NCBI GenBank assembly: GCA_041690295.1
Contig: JAWLHR010000018.1
Location: 1-64,000, forward strand
Direction: 5' to 3'
DNA length: 64,000 nt
Source: Bdellovibrionales bacterium
GTDB taxonomy: Bacteria > Bdellovibrionota > Bdellovibrionia > Bdellovibrionales > UBA1609
Part shown: positions 36,850 to 47,261 of the stretch, in pieces
Layout of the letters: each line of letters opens with the position of its first letter
How positions within the stretch are numbered: the first letter of the stretch is position 1
Program-made: the position numbers and the translations under genes
The notes under the pieces: generated by a model
Databases searched by the model: none
What the model was told of the DNA's origin: nothing
What the model saw: only the letters and a program-made list of their open reading frames with translations

Positions 36850-38106
36850 TTACCCCTCCCCTGTTCCGCCCTCGAACGGTGTAACCACATTTTCCGAACG
36901 CTTCGGCGCCCGGAGCGCTTCAACTCCCGGAAGTTTATCCCCTTGCAGAAACTCCAAACTGGCTCCGCCACCGGTTGAGATGTGCGTGAACTTATCCGCC
37001 AAACCCGAAGCGTGCGCGGCCGCGGCGGAATCGCCTCCGCCCACCACACTCAGTGCGGATGTTTCAGTGATCGCCCGCGCGATCGCGAACGTACCCTCAC
37101 TGAATTCCGGCGTTTCAAACACGCCCATCGGTCCATTCCAGAAAATCGTGCGCGCGCGCTGAAGTTCTGCCGCGTAAAGTTTAGTTGTCTGTGGGCCGAT
37201 ATCGACACCCATCCAGTCATCCGGGATGTTCACACCTTCAGTGACTTTCACGGAAGCGGTGTCCTTGATGTCGCGAGTGATCTTGTGATCCACCGGCAGG
37301 AGAATCTTTTTATTGCGGGCCGCGGCCCGATCCAGCAAGTCCGAAGCGAAACGGATTTTGTCTTTTTCGACCCGGCTTTTGCCAACCGATTTGTTTTGCG
37401 CGGCCAAAAACGTATAAGCCATCGCGCCGCCGATGATCAGCGTGTTCACCTTATCCAACAAAACTTCGATGACTTCGATCTTGTCGCTCACCTTCGCGCC
37501 ACCCAGAACAGTGATGAACGGTGGTTCGGGGTTCAGGCGGATCCGGTCGAGCATCTCGATTTCTTTTTTCATCAAGAAGCCGAGTCCACGCTTTTCCATC
37601 AGCTCCGGCAGCGCGACGATACTGGCGTGCGCGCGATGGGAAGCTCCGAAAGCATCATTGATATAAATGTCGCTGAAACTCGCCAAAGCCTGGGCGAACT
37701 CCCGGTCGTTCTTTTCCTCGCCCGGATCAAAGCGCAGGTTTTCAAGCAGAATGATCTGCGAGGGCTTCAAACCGGCCAACAAAGCTTTGGTGGCCTCACT
37801 CCGGGGCTCTTCAACCAGGATGATTTCTTTTTTAAGAATTTCATTCAGAGCCGCGGCCACCGGCTCCAGTGAAAATTTTCGATCCTTGGAACTCTTAGGG
37901 CGGCCAAGGTGGGAAGCCAGAATGATCTTGGCTCCCTTGTCGATGGCGTACTTGATCGTCGGAAGCGCCGCCTGAATCCTGGTGTCATCGGTGATGCGGC
38001 CGTTCTCGTCCATGGGGACATTCAGATCCAAACGCAAGAACAGGCGTTTGTCTTCCAACTGGAAATTTTCGATGGATTTAATGCCCTCGAGAGTTTTTGA
38101 TTGCAT
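36850..38106 (-). CDS. pgk: Phosphoglycerate kinase
   Basis: DLNVP, SHLGRP, LENLRF, WNGPMGVFE, STGGGASLE. Confidence 0.98.
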   Translation of the reverse strand: MQSKTLEGIKSIENFQLEDKRLFLRLDLNVPMDENGRITDDTRIQAALPTIKYAIDKGAKIILASHLGRPKSSKDRKFSLEPVAAALNEILKKEIILVEEPRSEATKALLAGLKPSQIILLENLRFDPGEEKNDREFAQALASFSDIYINDAFGASHRAHASIVALPELMEKRGLGFLMKKEIEMLDRIRLNPEPPFITVLGGAKVSDKIEVIEVLLDKVNTLIIGGAMAYTFLAAQNKSVGKSRVEKDKIRFASDLLDRAAARNKKILLPVDHKITRDIKDTASVKVTEGVNIPDDWMGVDIGPQTTKLYAAELQRARTIFWNGPMGVFETPEFSEGTFAIARAITETSALSVVGGGDSAAAAHASGLADKFTHISTGGGASLEFLQGDKLPGVEALRAPKRSENVVTPFEGGTGEG

Positions 38107-38109
38107 GGC

Positions 38110-39114
38110 TTACAAACCTTTTTCACCCATGTAACGGACAAAATCGATCATGCGGCTCGAAAATCCCATTTCATTGTCGTACCACGAGAACACTTTGGCC
38201 ATGTGAGAACCCATCACCATCGTGTTGGTGGCGTCGACGATCGAACTGTAGGTGCTGCCGTTGAAATCCACGCTGACCAGCGGATCTTTCTCAACCGCCA
38301 TGATTCCTTTCAGCGGACCGTTGGCCGCTTGCACGAAAGCATTGTTGATTTCATCGATGGACACCGGTCGCTTCGAACGGAAGACGAAATCCACCAGTGA
38401 AACGTTAGGTGTGGGCACACGAACCGAAATGCCGTCGATCTTTCCTTTAAGTTCAGGAAGCACCAGCCCCACCGCCTTCGCCGCGCCTGTCGTGGTCGGA
38501 ATCATTGAAAGACCGGCCGCACGCGCACGGCGGAGATCCTTGTGGGGAGCATCCAACACTTTCTGGTCGTTGGTGTAAGCATGGATGGTGCTCATCAATC
38601 CGTGCTCGATTTCAAAGGTTTCATGCATGACCTTGGCTACCGGGGCCAGACAGTTGGTGGTGCAAGACGCGTTACTGACCACATCGTGCTGAGAGGGATT
38701 GTAGCTGGTGTGATTGATTCCGTAGACCACGGTTAAATCCGCGCCGTCGGCGGGCGCCGAAACCAAAACCTTCTTGGCGCCGGCTTGAATGTGCTTAGTG
38801 AAATCGTCCTTGCTCTTGAAAGCTCCGGTGCATTCAAGAACCACATCGCAACCCCAGTCCTTCCACGGAATCTCGGCCGGATTTTTCACCGAGCACATGG
38901 GAATTTTGCGGCCGTCAACGATCAGGTTTTTCTCATCGTGGCTTACCGATTTGGCGTACCGGCCATGGGTGCTGTCGTACTTCAAAAGGTGCGCGGCACC
39001 CTTAACGTCTCCCAAGTTATTGATTCCAACAATTTCAACTTGATCAAATCCCGCGCGAAAAACCAAACGGCCGATCCGGCCGAAACCATTGATGCCTACG
39101 CGCACCTTTTTCAC
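38110..39114 (-). CDS. gap: Glyceraldehyde-3-phosphate dehydrogenase, type I
   Basis: INGFGRIGR, SNASCTTNCLAP, WYDNE. Confidence 0.98.
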   Translation of the reverse strand: MKKVRVGINGFGRIGRLVFRAGFDQVEIVGINNLGDVKGAAHLLKYDSTHGRYAKSVSHDEKNLIVDGRKIPMCSVKNPAEIPWKDWGCDVVLECTGAFKSKDDFTKHIQAGAKKVLVSAPADGADLTVVYGINHTSYNPSQHDVVSNASCTTNCLAPVAKVMHETFEIEHGLMSTIHAYTNDQKVLDAPHKDLRRARAAGLSMIPTTTGAAKAVGLVLPELKGKIDGISVRVPTPNVSLVDFVFRSKRPVSIDEINNAFVQAANGPLKGIMAVEKDPLVSVDFNGSTYSSIVDATNTMVMGSHMAKVFSWYDNEMGFSSRMIDFVRYMGEKGL

Positions 39115-39168
39115 CGCTTTACTCCTTAAATAGGGTTGTAATTCGGGCCCACCTTAAGGCGCGCGACT

Positions 39169-39945
39169 TCAATTGTCCAGTTTGAGCTTGGGAAACAAGG
39201 TTTTCGCGTTGCGAATGGTGTGCTCGGCCAATTCCTCAACCGTAACGCCTTTGAGGTCGGCCACGAACTTGCCGGTCACCGAAACCCATGCCGGCTGGTT
39301 CTTTTTTCCACGATGGGGAACCGGCGCCAAAAAGGGCGCATCCGTTTCCACGTGCAGAGCCTCAAGCGGAATTTTGCGCACGACTTCGCGCAGGGCCTCG
39401 GCGTTTTTAAAGGTCACCACCCCGCTGATGGAAATGTGATAGCCGTGATCCAGCCCAAATTTCGCCATTTCCCAGGTTCCAGTGAAACAATGCAAAAGCC
39501 CGCGCACCCGTCCCTTGAATTCGGCCAGAATCCGCATCGTGTCAGGTTCCGCGTCGCGGGTGTGAATTTCCACCGGGAGCCCCAGTTCTTCGGCCAATCG
39601 CATTTGCGCGCGGAACACGTCCTGTTGCACCTCTTTGGGTGCGTTTTCGTAATAGTAGTCGAGCCCGGTCTCGCCGATGGCCACCACCTCGTCACGCCCG
39701 CCGTTTGAGCGAATGAATTCCTCAATTTCAGGGGAATAAAGCTCGGCTTCGTGGGGATGGACACCCAAGGTGCAGTGAACCCGGGGATGAAATTTTTCCG
39801 CCAAGTTCAAGACCACCGGCAAATCATCCGGACAGGTGCCGATGGTGATGACTCGACTCACACCATGGTTGGCCGCCTCAGCCAAAGCTTGATCGGCCGG
39901 TATTTCCAGCATGTTCAAATGGGTGTGCACATCAATCCAAGCCAT
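39169..39945 (-). CDS. tatD: TatD-family nuclease
   Basis: DVHTH, GVHPH, GETGLD, ETDAPFL. Confidence 0.94.
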   Translation of the reverse strand: MAWIDVHTHLNMLEIPADQALAEAANHGVSRVITIGTCPDDLPVVLNLAEKFHPRVHCTLGVHPHEAELYSPEIEEFIRSNGGRDEVVAIGETGLDYYYENAPKEVQQDVFRAQMRLAEELGLPVEIHTRDAEPDTMRILAEFKGRVRGLLHCFTGTWEMAKFGLDHGYHISISGVVTFKNAEALREVVRKIPLEALHVETDAPFLAPVPHRGKKNQPAWVSVTGKFVADLKGVTVEELAEHTIRNAKTLFPKLKLDN

Positions 39946-40717
39946 GAGTCGAAATCCGGTAAAAAAGGTTTTCAAAAACCAGGTTGCGATCCACGTGGCC
40001 GTTCAAATCCACTTCCGCCTGATGGGCCCAGCGCCAAAATTCCACCTTGGTCCGCGGTTCAAGTTCCGGCCAGTTCTCATAAGCTGTTTCGCCCATGCTC
40101 CAGTCACGCAAAATCCACGCGAGCGCGCGGGCGAATTCCAGGGCGGATTCCCGGTCTTTGCGGTTTTCCAAAACTTGGCTCATGGCCGCGCGATCGCGGG
40201 ACCAACAGGCGGATAAAAACGCCTCTCCGTCTTCGCGCACCGTCTCATCCTCGGCGGTCCACTGGTGGGGCGCCCGCGGCAGACGAATCACTTGCAAACG
40301 CGATCGCAACGTGGGTGTGAACAGATTCACGTCGGGAGTTAAGAACATGAAGTAGGTCGACGGCGGAGGTTCTTCCACCGCTTTCAACAAAGCGTTGGTG
40401 GCCTGCGGATTCAACGCTTGAGCCTCATTCACAATCACCACACGGGCCCGGCGCACCCGGGTCAACGATAAGAAATCACGAATCTTGTGGGCGGCTTCGA
40501 GTTTAATCATGCCGCCGCTTTCCGGCTCCACCCATAAAACCGCTTCACTATTGCGGTTGTCGACCCGCACGCATGATCCGCAAGTTCCACAAGGCGCGCT
40601 TTTCTCTTCGCAAAGAAGTGCTTTCGCCAAAGACAACGCCTCGGTGACCGCCGACTCCTGAGAGCCGACCAAAGCCACGGCATGGGGAAAACGGTCACGA
40701 TCCTTCACGCCAACCAT
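39932..40717 (-). CDS. holB: DNA polymerase III delta' subunit
   Basis: C...CGTCGSC zinc motif, NALLKAVEEPP, TLRSR; located between tmk and tatD. Confidence 0.9.
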   Translation of the reverse strand: MVGVKDRDRFPHAVALVGSQESAVTEALSLAKALLCEEKSAPCGTCGSCVRVDNRNSEAVLWVEPESGGMIKLEAAHKIRDFLSLTRVRRARVVIVNEAQALNPQATNALLKAVEEPPPSTYFMFLTPDVNLFTPTLRSRLQVIRLPRAPHQWTAEDETVREDGEAFLSACWSRDRAAMSQVLENRKDRESALEFARALAWILRDWSMGETAYENWPELEPRTKVEFWRWAHQAEVDLNGHVDRNLVFENLFYRISTHGLD

Positions 40718-41328
40718 TGCCTCTTTTCTAATTCACTCACAACCCGCGAGAGAAGCTGTTTCGGTGACTCCATGGCATTCAAAACGAGCCATCGCTCCGG
40801 ATGGGCCTTGGCCAATTGCAAATAAGTGGAACGAACGCGCTCGTGAAACTCGCGGTTTTCCAACTCGAACCGGTCCTTGTCTTGGGCGCGCGCACTCAAC
40901 CGGCGCAGACTTTCATCCACCGGTAGATCCAGCAGGATATAAAGCGACGGTTCCAATCCGCCGGTCGAAAAACGGTTCAACCAGTTGATTTCCTCGGCGC
41001 TGATATCACGCCCTCCGCTTTGAAAGGCCAATGAACTGGCGGCGAAGCGATCACTTAAGACCCATCGACCGGCGGCGAGAGAAGGCTTGATCAAAACCTC
41101 CACGTGTTGCGCGCGGATGGCTTGATAAAGCAAAGCTTCGGCGCGGGGAACCGGAGTCTCACCATCAACCCGAAGCAAAAGTTCGCGGATGGCGTCACCT
41201 AGCGCGGTTCCGCCCGGCTCCCGAGTCATAATCGAGGTGTATCCGCGGCCGTCGAGTTCGCGTTTAAGTCCTTGAATCAAAGTTGATTTGCCGGCCCCAT
41301 CGAGACCTTCAAAGGCCAAAAAATGCAT
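40705..41328 (-). CDS. tmk: Thymidylate kinase
   Basis: FEGLDGAGKST, TREPGG, SDRF; start moved to ATG 41328. Confidence 0.96.
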   Translation of the reverse strand: MHFLAFEGLDGAGKSTLIQGLKRELDGRGYTSIMTREPGGTALGDAIRELLLRVDGETPVPRAEALLYQAIRAQHVEVLIKPSLAAGRWVLSDRFAASSLAFQSGGRDISAEEINWLNRFSTGGLEPSLYILLDLPVDESLRRLSARAQDKDRFELENREFHERVRSTYLQLAKAHPERWLVLNAMESPKQLLSRVVSELEKRQWLA

Positions 41329-41453
41329 ACTAATGATCTCGCCCACAGGTCCGTCACTGGCAATCCTTATTCTGATTATGCAATCCGTCAACGCCCATTT
41401 GATTCGCCGGCCTGAGACGATATAAAAAGCCGTCACCAATTTAGGGGGAGTTC

Positions 41454-41831
41454 ATGACAAATCTCAAAGTGTTCCTTGTCACGTTATTAGGCGCGATTTC
41501 GCTTTCGGCTTGGGCCGAAGATCCTGAGCAAGACCTTTCCCAACTCGGAAAGACGATCATTCAATTGGTCGAAATGGATAGGCACTCGTACAACATTGAC
41601 GAGCTGGAACTGAAAGATATCGAGCGCGATGACGTGAAAATCACCGCCCTGGTCTACACCACTACCGAGTATCGCAAAGTGGACAACTGCAATAAGAGCT
41701 GGGAAGAGGAAAGCTGTGAGCTGAACATCTGCGAAGCGGACATCAAGGTCACACTGACTCCGTTTCATCGCGCACGGGTGACCCACGAAGACATCCGTCA
41801 TTGCGAGTTCTCAAAGTACGTCCGGCCGTAA
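41454..41831 (+). CDS. Small secreted protein with four Cys
   Basis: GGGGAG RBS, signal ending AWA. Confidence 0.75.
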   Translation: MTNLKVFLVTLLGAISLSAWAEDPEQDLSQLGKTIIQLVEMDRHSYNIDELELKDIERDDVKITALVYTTTEYRKVDNCNKSWEEESCELNICEADIKVTLTPFHRARVTHEDIRHCEFSKYVRP

Positions 41832-41910
41832 GTATTGCGCGTATAGTCAAATCCCGACTTTGATCGGGGCTATCCAGTTGCGAAGTGCTTTTTCCGAAAA
41901 GTCCTTCGGG

Positions 41911-42912
41911 ATGGAGCAAGTTGAAAAGATCAAGGTCTTGATCGCCGACGATGATTACCAGCTGGCGCGCCGGCTCGCCAGTTACATAGAGGACCGCGGA
42001 TTTTTGGCCAAGGTCGCTATTAATGGCAAAGAGGCGCGCGCCGCGATGATCGAGTGGAAGCCCCGCTTCGTGCTCGCCGACCTCATGTTGCCCGAAGGCA
42101 ATGCTCTGACTCTGATCGACTTTACCAAGACGGAACCCTCACTCAGACACAACTTCATCCACGTGATTGTGATGTCGGGCCACAACATTGAAACCAATGT
42201 GCGTGACTCACTCGCCCGAGGCGCGAAAGATTACATCGTCAAGCCATTTCGGCACGAGGACATTGTCAAACGCCTGGTTTTCCATTCCCGCGCTTACCGG
42301 CAGCTTAAAGAAATGTCGAACAAGGATTTCACCAAGGTGGATGAGGCCAGTCTCATGCTCCATCTCACAGACCTCGTGCTTCGCCAGGCGATCAGTACCA
42401 AATCCTTACCCGACAATCTTTTCAATCTGACCCGAATGGTGAGTTTGAAAATGGATGGCGTCCGTTGTTCCATCATCCATTGCTTGGACCAACACACCGG
42501 CTACGTCGTCACCAGTAATGATGACCGCGCCGCGACCGGGATTCAACTCGACCTCTACAAATACCCCGAGGTGATTCACGTCATGAACACCCAGACTCTC
42601 GTGGCGATCGAAAACCTTCGCGAGAGTTCGGAGCTTCGGCACGTCTTGGACAAGGTGAAAGACATCATGTTCAACTCCATGGTGGTCTGCCCGGTTACGC
42701 GCCATGGGAAGCCATTCGGCGTTTTGTCCCTGCGAATGCCCCCTGAAAAACCCACGATTTCGGACAACGAAATCCGCTTCGTGGAGATCGTCTCCCACGT
42801 GGCCTCGCTCGTGTTATCCAACGAATTGCATAAGGATACCGAGGACTTCTGGCTCACCAACGCCACCCGGAAAACCCTGCCGTTCAAGGCCCGCGCCGCC
42901 AAAAACTCGTAG
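41911..42912 (+). CDS. Response regulator: receiver domain plus GAF domain
   Basis: VLIADDD, LADLMLP, MSG, DYIVKPF; C-terminal 'SMVVCPV...GVLSL'. Confidence 0.88.
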   Translation: MEQVEKIKVLIADDDYQLARRLASYIEDRGFLAKVAINGKEARAAMIEWKPRFVLADLMLPEGNALTLIDFTKTEPSLRHNFIHVIVMSGHNIETNVRDSLARGAKDYIVKPFRHEDIVKRLVFHSRAYRQLKEMSNKDFTKVDEASLMLHLTDLVLRQAISTKSLPDNLFNLTRMVSLKMDGVRCSIIHCLDQHTGYVVTSNDDRAATGIQLDLYKYPEVIHVMNTQTLVAIENLRESSELRHVLDKVKDIMFNSMVVCPVTRHGKPFGVLSLRMPPEKPTISDNEIRFVEIVSHVASLVLSNELHKDTEDFWLTNATRKTLPFKARAAKNS

Positions 42913-42967
42913 ACTTGACCCGCCTTTTCCTTTATCTCATTAGGGTTCAGCTCATTGAGGAGATTTC

Positions 42968-43315
42968 ATGTTAACCCTGCTCACCGTAATTCATATTTTG
43001 TTCGGATTGGGATTGATTCTGTTCGTTTTACTGCAAGATCCGAAAGGCGGAGCTATGGGCGTATTCTCGGGCGGTTCGAGCTCGACTTCCTTTTTCGGCG
43101 CCAGTGGAGCCTCCAACTTCTTGACCACGACGACCAAATGGCTCGCCATTCTTTTCGCCCTGACCAGTCTGACTCTGACTTACATGACCACACGAAAAGG
43201 CAACAGCGTGATGGACACGTACACTCCGCCAGCGGCCACCCAAGAACAACCGCAAAGCGAGCCCGCTGAGTCCACACCGACCGAGGGCGCTGAATCCACG
43301 CCGGCCGAAAAGTAA
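42968..43315 (+). CDS. secG: Preprotein translocase subunit SecG
   Basis: VLLQDPKGG...FGASGASNFLT; GAGGAG RBS. Confidence 0.95.
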   Translation: MLTLLTVIHILFGLGLILFVLLQDPKGGAMGVFSGGSSSTSFFGASGASNFLTTTTKWLAILFALTSLTLTYMTTRKGNSVMDTYTPPAATQEQPQSEPAESTPTEGAESTPAEK

Positions 43316-43317
43316 GA

Positions 43318-44211
43318 ATGCCGAAATCACTGACCCCTTACATCATCGTCGCGGTCATCGCCGTATTGGGGCTAATACTCAGTGAGCCCGCCGCCAACTG
43401 GATCAGTCGAAAATTAGCGCCGCAAAAAATCCAGGGCGGTGTCGTGGGCAAAATCAATCAAATCCAAGGTGAAGTGAAAATTCTCCGCGAAGGTCAGGTG
43501 CTGGAACTGCCCACTCCCCTCGAACAACCGGTCTCGATCCACTCCGGTGATCGCGTCGAAGTGGACGATAAAGGGCAGGCGATTCTGACTTTGAACTCAC
43601 AGGATGAATTTGAACTTCTCCCGCGAACGGCCGCGGTTTTTACCTTTTGGGACGAACGAAACCCCGCATCCCCGATCTACGTGACTTTGCTCAGCGGTGA
43701 TGCGGAACTACGCAAGGCCGGGGTTAAGGAAAAAGCCTATTTGGTGCGCGACGGACGCCTTTATCTGCCGGGACAAAAAGCCGCCCACCGGCCCATGGCT
43801 TTAACCGTGCTTCGCTCGGCTCCTCTCGACATGCATTTAGCGCAGGATGCCCGCCCGGAAGACTTTGAAATCGAGACGGAACCGACCAGCGTGGGAACCG
43901 AGCCCAAGGAATTCGGTGCGGAGCCGGTGACTCTATCCAATGAGTACATCGATGAGATTATCTCCTCGCGCCAGCATCTGCTGCAAAAGTGTTGGTTGGC
44001 GCGCATCAAGGAAGCGCCTGAAGAAAAAGCCCGGCTCGCCGTACAGTTCGAAATCACACGAAGAGGAAAAGTCAAAGACGTGAAGATCGCCGATTCCACG
44101 GTTCACGATGAAACTTTCAAGAATTGCGTTTCGGCCGTGTTCGAACGGCTGACTTTCCGTTCATTCAGCGGTCCGGAAATTTCGCTTTCTTATCCGTTGC
44201 AATTCGAGTGA
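43318..44211 (+). CDS. Membrane-anchored protein with a FecR-like region and an AgmX/PglI (TonB-C-like) C-terminal domain
   Basis: 'LQKCW...VQFEITRRGKV...NCVSAVFERLTF...ISLSYPLQF'. Confidence 0.8.
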   Translation: MPKSLTPYIIVAVIAVLGLILSEPAANWISRKLAPQKIQGGVVGKINQIQGEVKILREGQVLELPTPLEQPVSIHSGDRVEVDDKGQAILTLNSQDEFELLPRTAAVFTFWDERNPASPIYVTLLSGDAELRKAGVKEKAYLVRDGRLYLPGQKAAHRPMALTVLRSAPLDMHLAQDARPEDFEIETEPTSVGTEPKEFGAEPVTLSNEYIDEIISSRQHLLQKCWLARIKEAPEEKARLAVQFEITRRGKVKDVKIADSTVHDETFKNCVSAVFERLTFRSFSGPEISLSYPLQFE

Positions 44212-44215
44212 TAAC

Positions 44216-45307
44216 TCAGCGATCGTCGCGCAGGTAATCCACGCGCTCCTGCACCCACGGCTCGGTCACACCTTCCAACTCGAAAATCCTTGGTCCCACG
44301 CTGGACACGATCGACTTGGGCGTTACCGTGGGTTCGAAATCCTCGCGGATCAAGCGATGCTCCTTTAATACGGGAACAATGGAAGCCACGGTTTTATCCG
44401 CCAGCACCGGACGGCGGATCAATTCGTCCAAGCTTCGTTCCAATTCCTCGACACCGAAACTGAAGTTTTGCACCAAATCTTTAGCCACTTTCACCACATG
44501 GGCGGCGCCCAGGCGATTATCCTGGTGAAGATCCAGCGCCAGTTGAAACGTGTTATAGGTGGGCAAAGTGCGGCGTCCAAATTTCAAATAATAATCCGCG
44601 TCCGTGTCGGCCGCGAGATTGATATAAATCTTTTCGACCGGGTCCTGCTCCGGAATGTCCTCACGTAAACGCAAGATCGTATCTTCCTGCTGACCGATCA
44701 CGCGAAAATGGCGCAGTATCTGCCGAGCTTCTTTTTCATCCAAGCGGCGCGCGCAAAGATCGGAATAAAGGGAATACACCACCGCGTCCGCTTCAGAATC
44801 ATCTCCCCAAAGAATTTGGCGAACGTCAGGCGCCAAGTGAAGCCTTAGCTGCAAAAGCGCCTGCAGTTTGTAACCGAGCTGCTGAGTGAGCCTCCACCAG
44901 CGTTTGGGTACGAGATTTTGCAAATTGTCCTTACAAAAAAGCCCGAACGGATAAATCCCGTCGAACGCCAGCTTGTCGTGGATCTTTCGTTCAAGTTGAG
45001 GCGGAGATGCGGTGATGAAGTAGATGGGAAAGTCTTTACGGCCCTGATGTTTTTCCTGCCAATAGTCACGAAGGGCGCGAACCAGGGTGGCGGTCCCCGG
45101 CACATTTTTCTTTTGAAAAGCTTTTTCGCGAACGGTCCTCAGCAAGCCACGAAGGGTCTCAAACGTGGTGTCCAGGTAAGTTTTATCCAGATCCCAAATG
45201 TAAACTTCCGGCGTTTCCTGTTCCACAGGATCCGTGACATACCGAAACAGCACCACGTCGGCGGTGATTTCCGCGCGCTCTCGCCAATCTGACATCTTAT
45301 CGCACAA
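44216..45307 (-). CDS. HAD-superfamily phosphatase-like protein (App1/DUF2183-like)
   Basis: WDLDKT motif I, FITASP, WGDDSEAD. Confidence 0.75.
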   Translation of the reverse strand: MCDKMSDWRERAEITADVVLFRYVTDPVEQETPEVYIWDLDKTYLDTTFETLRGLLRTVREKAFQKKNVPGTATLVRALRDYWQEKHQGRKDFPIYFITASPPQLERKIHDKLAFDGIYPFGLFCKDNLQNLVPKRWWRLTQQLGYKLQALLQLRLHLAPDVRQILWGDDSEADAVVYSLYSDLCARRLDEKEARQILRHFRVIGQQEDTILRLREDIPEQDPVEKIYINLAADTDADYYLKFGRRTLPTYNTFQLALDLHQDNRLGAAHVVKVAKDLVQNFSFGVEELERSLDELIRRPVLADKTVASIVPVLKEHRLIREDFEPTVTPKSIVSSVGPRIFELEGVTEPWVQERVDYLRDDR

Positions 45308-45345
45308 TGATAGACAGCCTTGGCCCCTTATGGTAGTTCGCGTCC

Positions 45346-46143
45346 ATGCAACTCACCCCCATATTGCGTTGCGGCAGCGAGCTGAACTTCGAGCCGCGAC
45401 AAGCTTGGCCCGAAGTGCTTCCCCCGGTTTCTTGGCGTGGCCAATTGCTCTGCGGGTTTGGCCGCATGGGCGGCGACGCTTTGGACCTCGGCGATAAACT
45501 GTTTTTGGATGTTTGGAGAGCCTGTCACCCCCATTTGGGATTGGCCGAATTGGCCCGGGCTCGTCAGCGACTGGAGTCGGTTTGGCCCGAGTTGTATCTG
45601 GAAGTGAGGTATTCGTTTTTCTCATCTTACAACCTTCGTTGGTGCGATCGCCTCGATCAGGTGTTAGAGGCGCTAAACCATGCCCCATTTGAATTTCAAA
45701 ATTTGGTGGATGAAAAATCGGTTTCGGTTCGGGAACTGGCGCCACTACTCTCGGTCAATTCGGTCGATGAAATTGAACCACTGCTTAAAGCGCTAACCAC
45801 CTTAACACTCAGCCGCTTTGAATTAAGTCGGGCTTTGGAATTGGCCGTTGAACTTTATTTGATGGGCCGACCGCTCAACGATCTGCTTCCGACGGTCAAT
45901 AACGGCGGCTTGTATGTCCGGCGGCTTGAACAATGGCGAAAACCTGAAAGCTCGCAAGCCGACGAAGAGTGGCGGCGCACGGTTAGAAATTGGCCGTGGC
46001 CCGCTCAGGTGAAAGCCGAGTGGCAAAGGTTCGGTGATCAGGCTGGACTTGAAGTTAAAATCCGAACCACTTCTCCGGCGGATTTCCAAAAGAAGTTGGA
46101 AAACCTTTTGGCCATTCCGGATTCTTGGTCATGCAAGAGCTGA
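45346..46143 (+). CDS. Hypothetical protein overlapping the splB-like gene
   Basis: 265-aa ORF whose end overlaps the downstream start. Confidence 0.7.
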   Translation: MQLTPILRCGSELNFEPRQAWPEVLPPVSWRGQLLCGFGRMGGDALDLGDKLFLDVWRACHPHLGLAELARARQRLESVWPELYLEVRYSFFSSYNLRWCDRLDQVLEALNHAPFEFQNLVDEKSVSVRELAPLLSVNSVDEIEPLLKALTTLTLSRFELSRALELAVELYLMGRPLNDLLPTVNNGGLYVRRLEQWRKPESSQADEEWRRTVRNWPWPAQVKAEWQRFGDQAGLEVKIRTTSPADFQKKLENLLAIPDSWSCKS

Positions 46144-47261
46144 TCGGAAAATTCGAACACGTTTACATTGATCGAAAATCAAAGGACTCCAAGTTGGCGG
46201 AGCGCATTCAGTCGCTTTTTCCCGCCGATAAAATCTCGTTCGTGAACGAAAGGCCCTGGCAAGAGGGCGAACTTTCCCCCAGGGAATTCGACCGCAGCAA
46301 AAGGAATCTTTTCGTCACCCCCTTTAAAGGACGGTTCTTCAAGCGTTGTCCCGGGTCGCGTCCGGGTCTCGCCTGTTGCAATTACTTTGTTCTTAACTGG
46401 GGCCTCCAGTGCGACATGAACTGTTCCTATTGCTATTTACAGAGTTTCATTAATTCGCCGATTCTCACTCTATACTCAAATTTGGATGACGCCTTGGGTG
46501 AGCTGCGAGAGATGAACTTAAGCGAACAGACGCTGCGAATTGGAACCGGTGAAACCGTCGATTCCTTAAGTTTGGATCCGATCACGCTTTATTCGCGCGA
46601 CTTAATTACGTTCTTCCGTGAATTTTCCAAATGGACATTGGAGTTTAAAACCAAGTCCGACAAAGTGGATCAGTTTCTTGATCTCGGGCCGGCGGAAAAC
46701 GTGATCGTGAGTTGGTCGATCAACCCCGCTCACATCGTGGAGCATGAAGAGCATGGAACGGCCTCATTGGCCGCCCGCCTTTCCGCGGCGGAACGATGTT
46801 TGGCGAAGGGATTTAAAATCGCCTTTCACATCGACCCGATGATTTATCACCCCGACTGGCGGGAAAACTACGGCGAGTTGGTCGATGAAATCTGCCGCCG
46901 CTTTTCGCCTTCCGACGTTCCTTACTTGTCGGTGGGGGCGTTAAGGTTTCAAGGTGAACAACGCGCGATAATGCGCGAAAGGTTCGGCATGAAGTCCTAC
47001 GTGGTCCGCGCCGAAACTTTCCCGAGCCCCGACGGCAAATTCCGCTATGATGCCCGCATCCGGCAAGAGATGTTCCGTTTCGTGAATGAGCGTTTTGCTT
47101 CCCATGACCGGGCTTGGCGCCTTTTCATGTGCATGGAAACACCGGAGACTTGGCTCCGGGTCGAAGGCGTATCGCCGTTTAAGTCCGAATCGCTCCAACC
47201 GCTGTTTGACCGCGCGCCTCTTCGTGCGGTCGCGCGGGCGAGCCAGGGCGATATAGGTTAA
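46131..47261 (+). CDS. Spore photoproduct lyase-like radical SAM protein
   Basis: CDMNCSYCYLQ, RIGTGE..DSL, EFKTKS, VSWSINP, FHIDPM. Confidence 0.87.
   Translation: MQELIGKFEHVYIDRKSKDSKLAERIQSLFPADKISFVNERPWQEGELSPREFDRSKRNLFVTPFKGRFFKRCPGSRPGLACCNYFVLNWGLQCDMNCSYCYLQSFINSPILTLYSNLDDALGELREMNLSEQTLRIGTGETVDSLSLDPITLYSRDLITFFREFSKWTLEFKTKSDKVDQFLDLGPAENVIVSWSINPAHIVEHEEHGTASLAARLSAAERCLAKGFKIAFHIDPMIYHPDWRENYGELVDEICRRFSPSDVPYLSVGALRFQGEQRAIMRERFGMKSYVVRAETFPSPDGKFRYDARIRQEMFRFVNERFASHDRAWRLFMCMETPETWLRVEGVSPFKSESLQPLFDRAPLRAVARASQGDIG

Noticed and set aside
36085..43315. Recent HNH-driven inversion separating tpiA from secG
   Set aside because: An inversion would restore the common tpiA-secG adjacency, but no inverted repeats are visible at the candidate breakpoints and the arrangement may be ancestral in this lineage. 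It needs synteny data.
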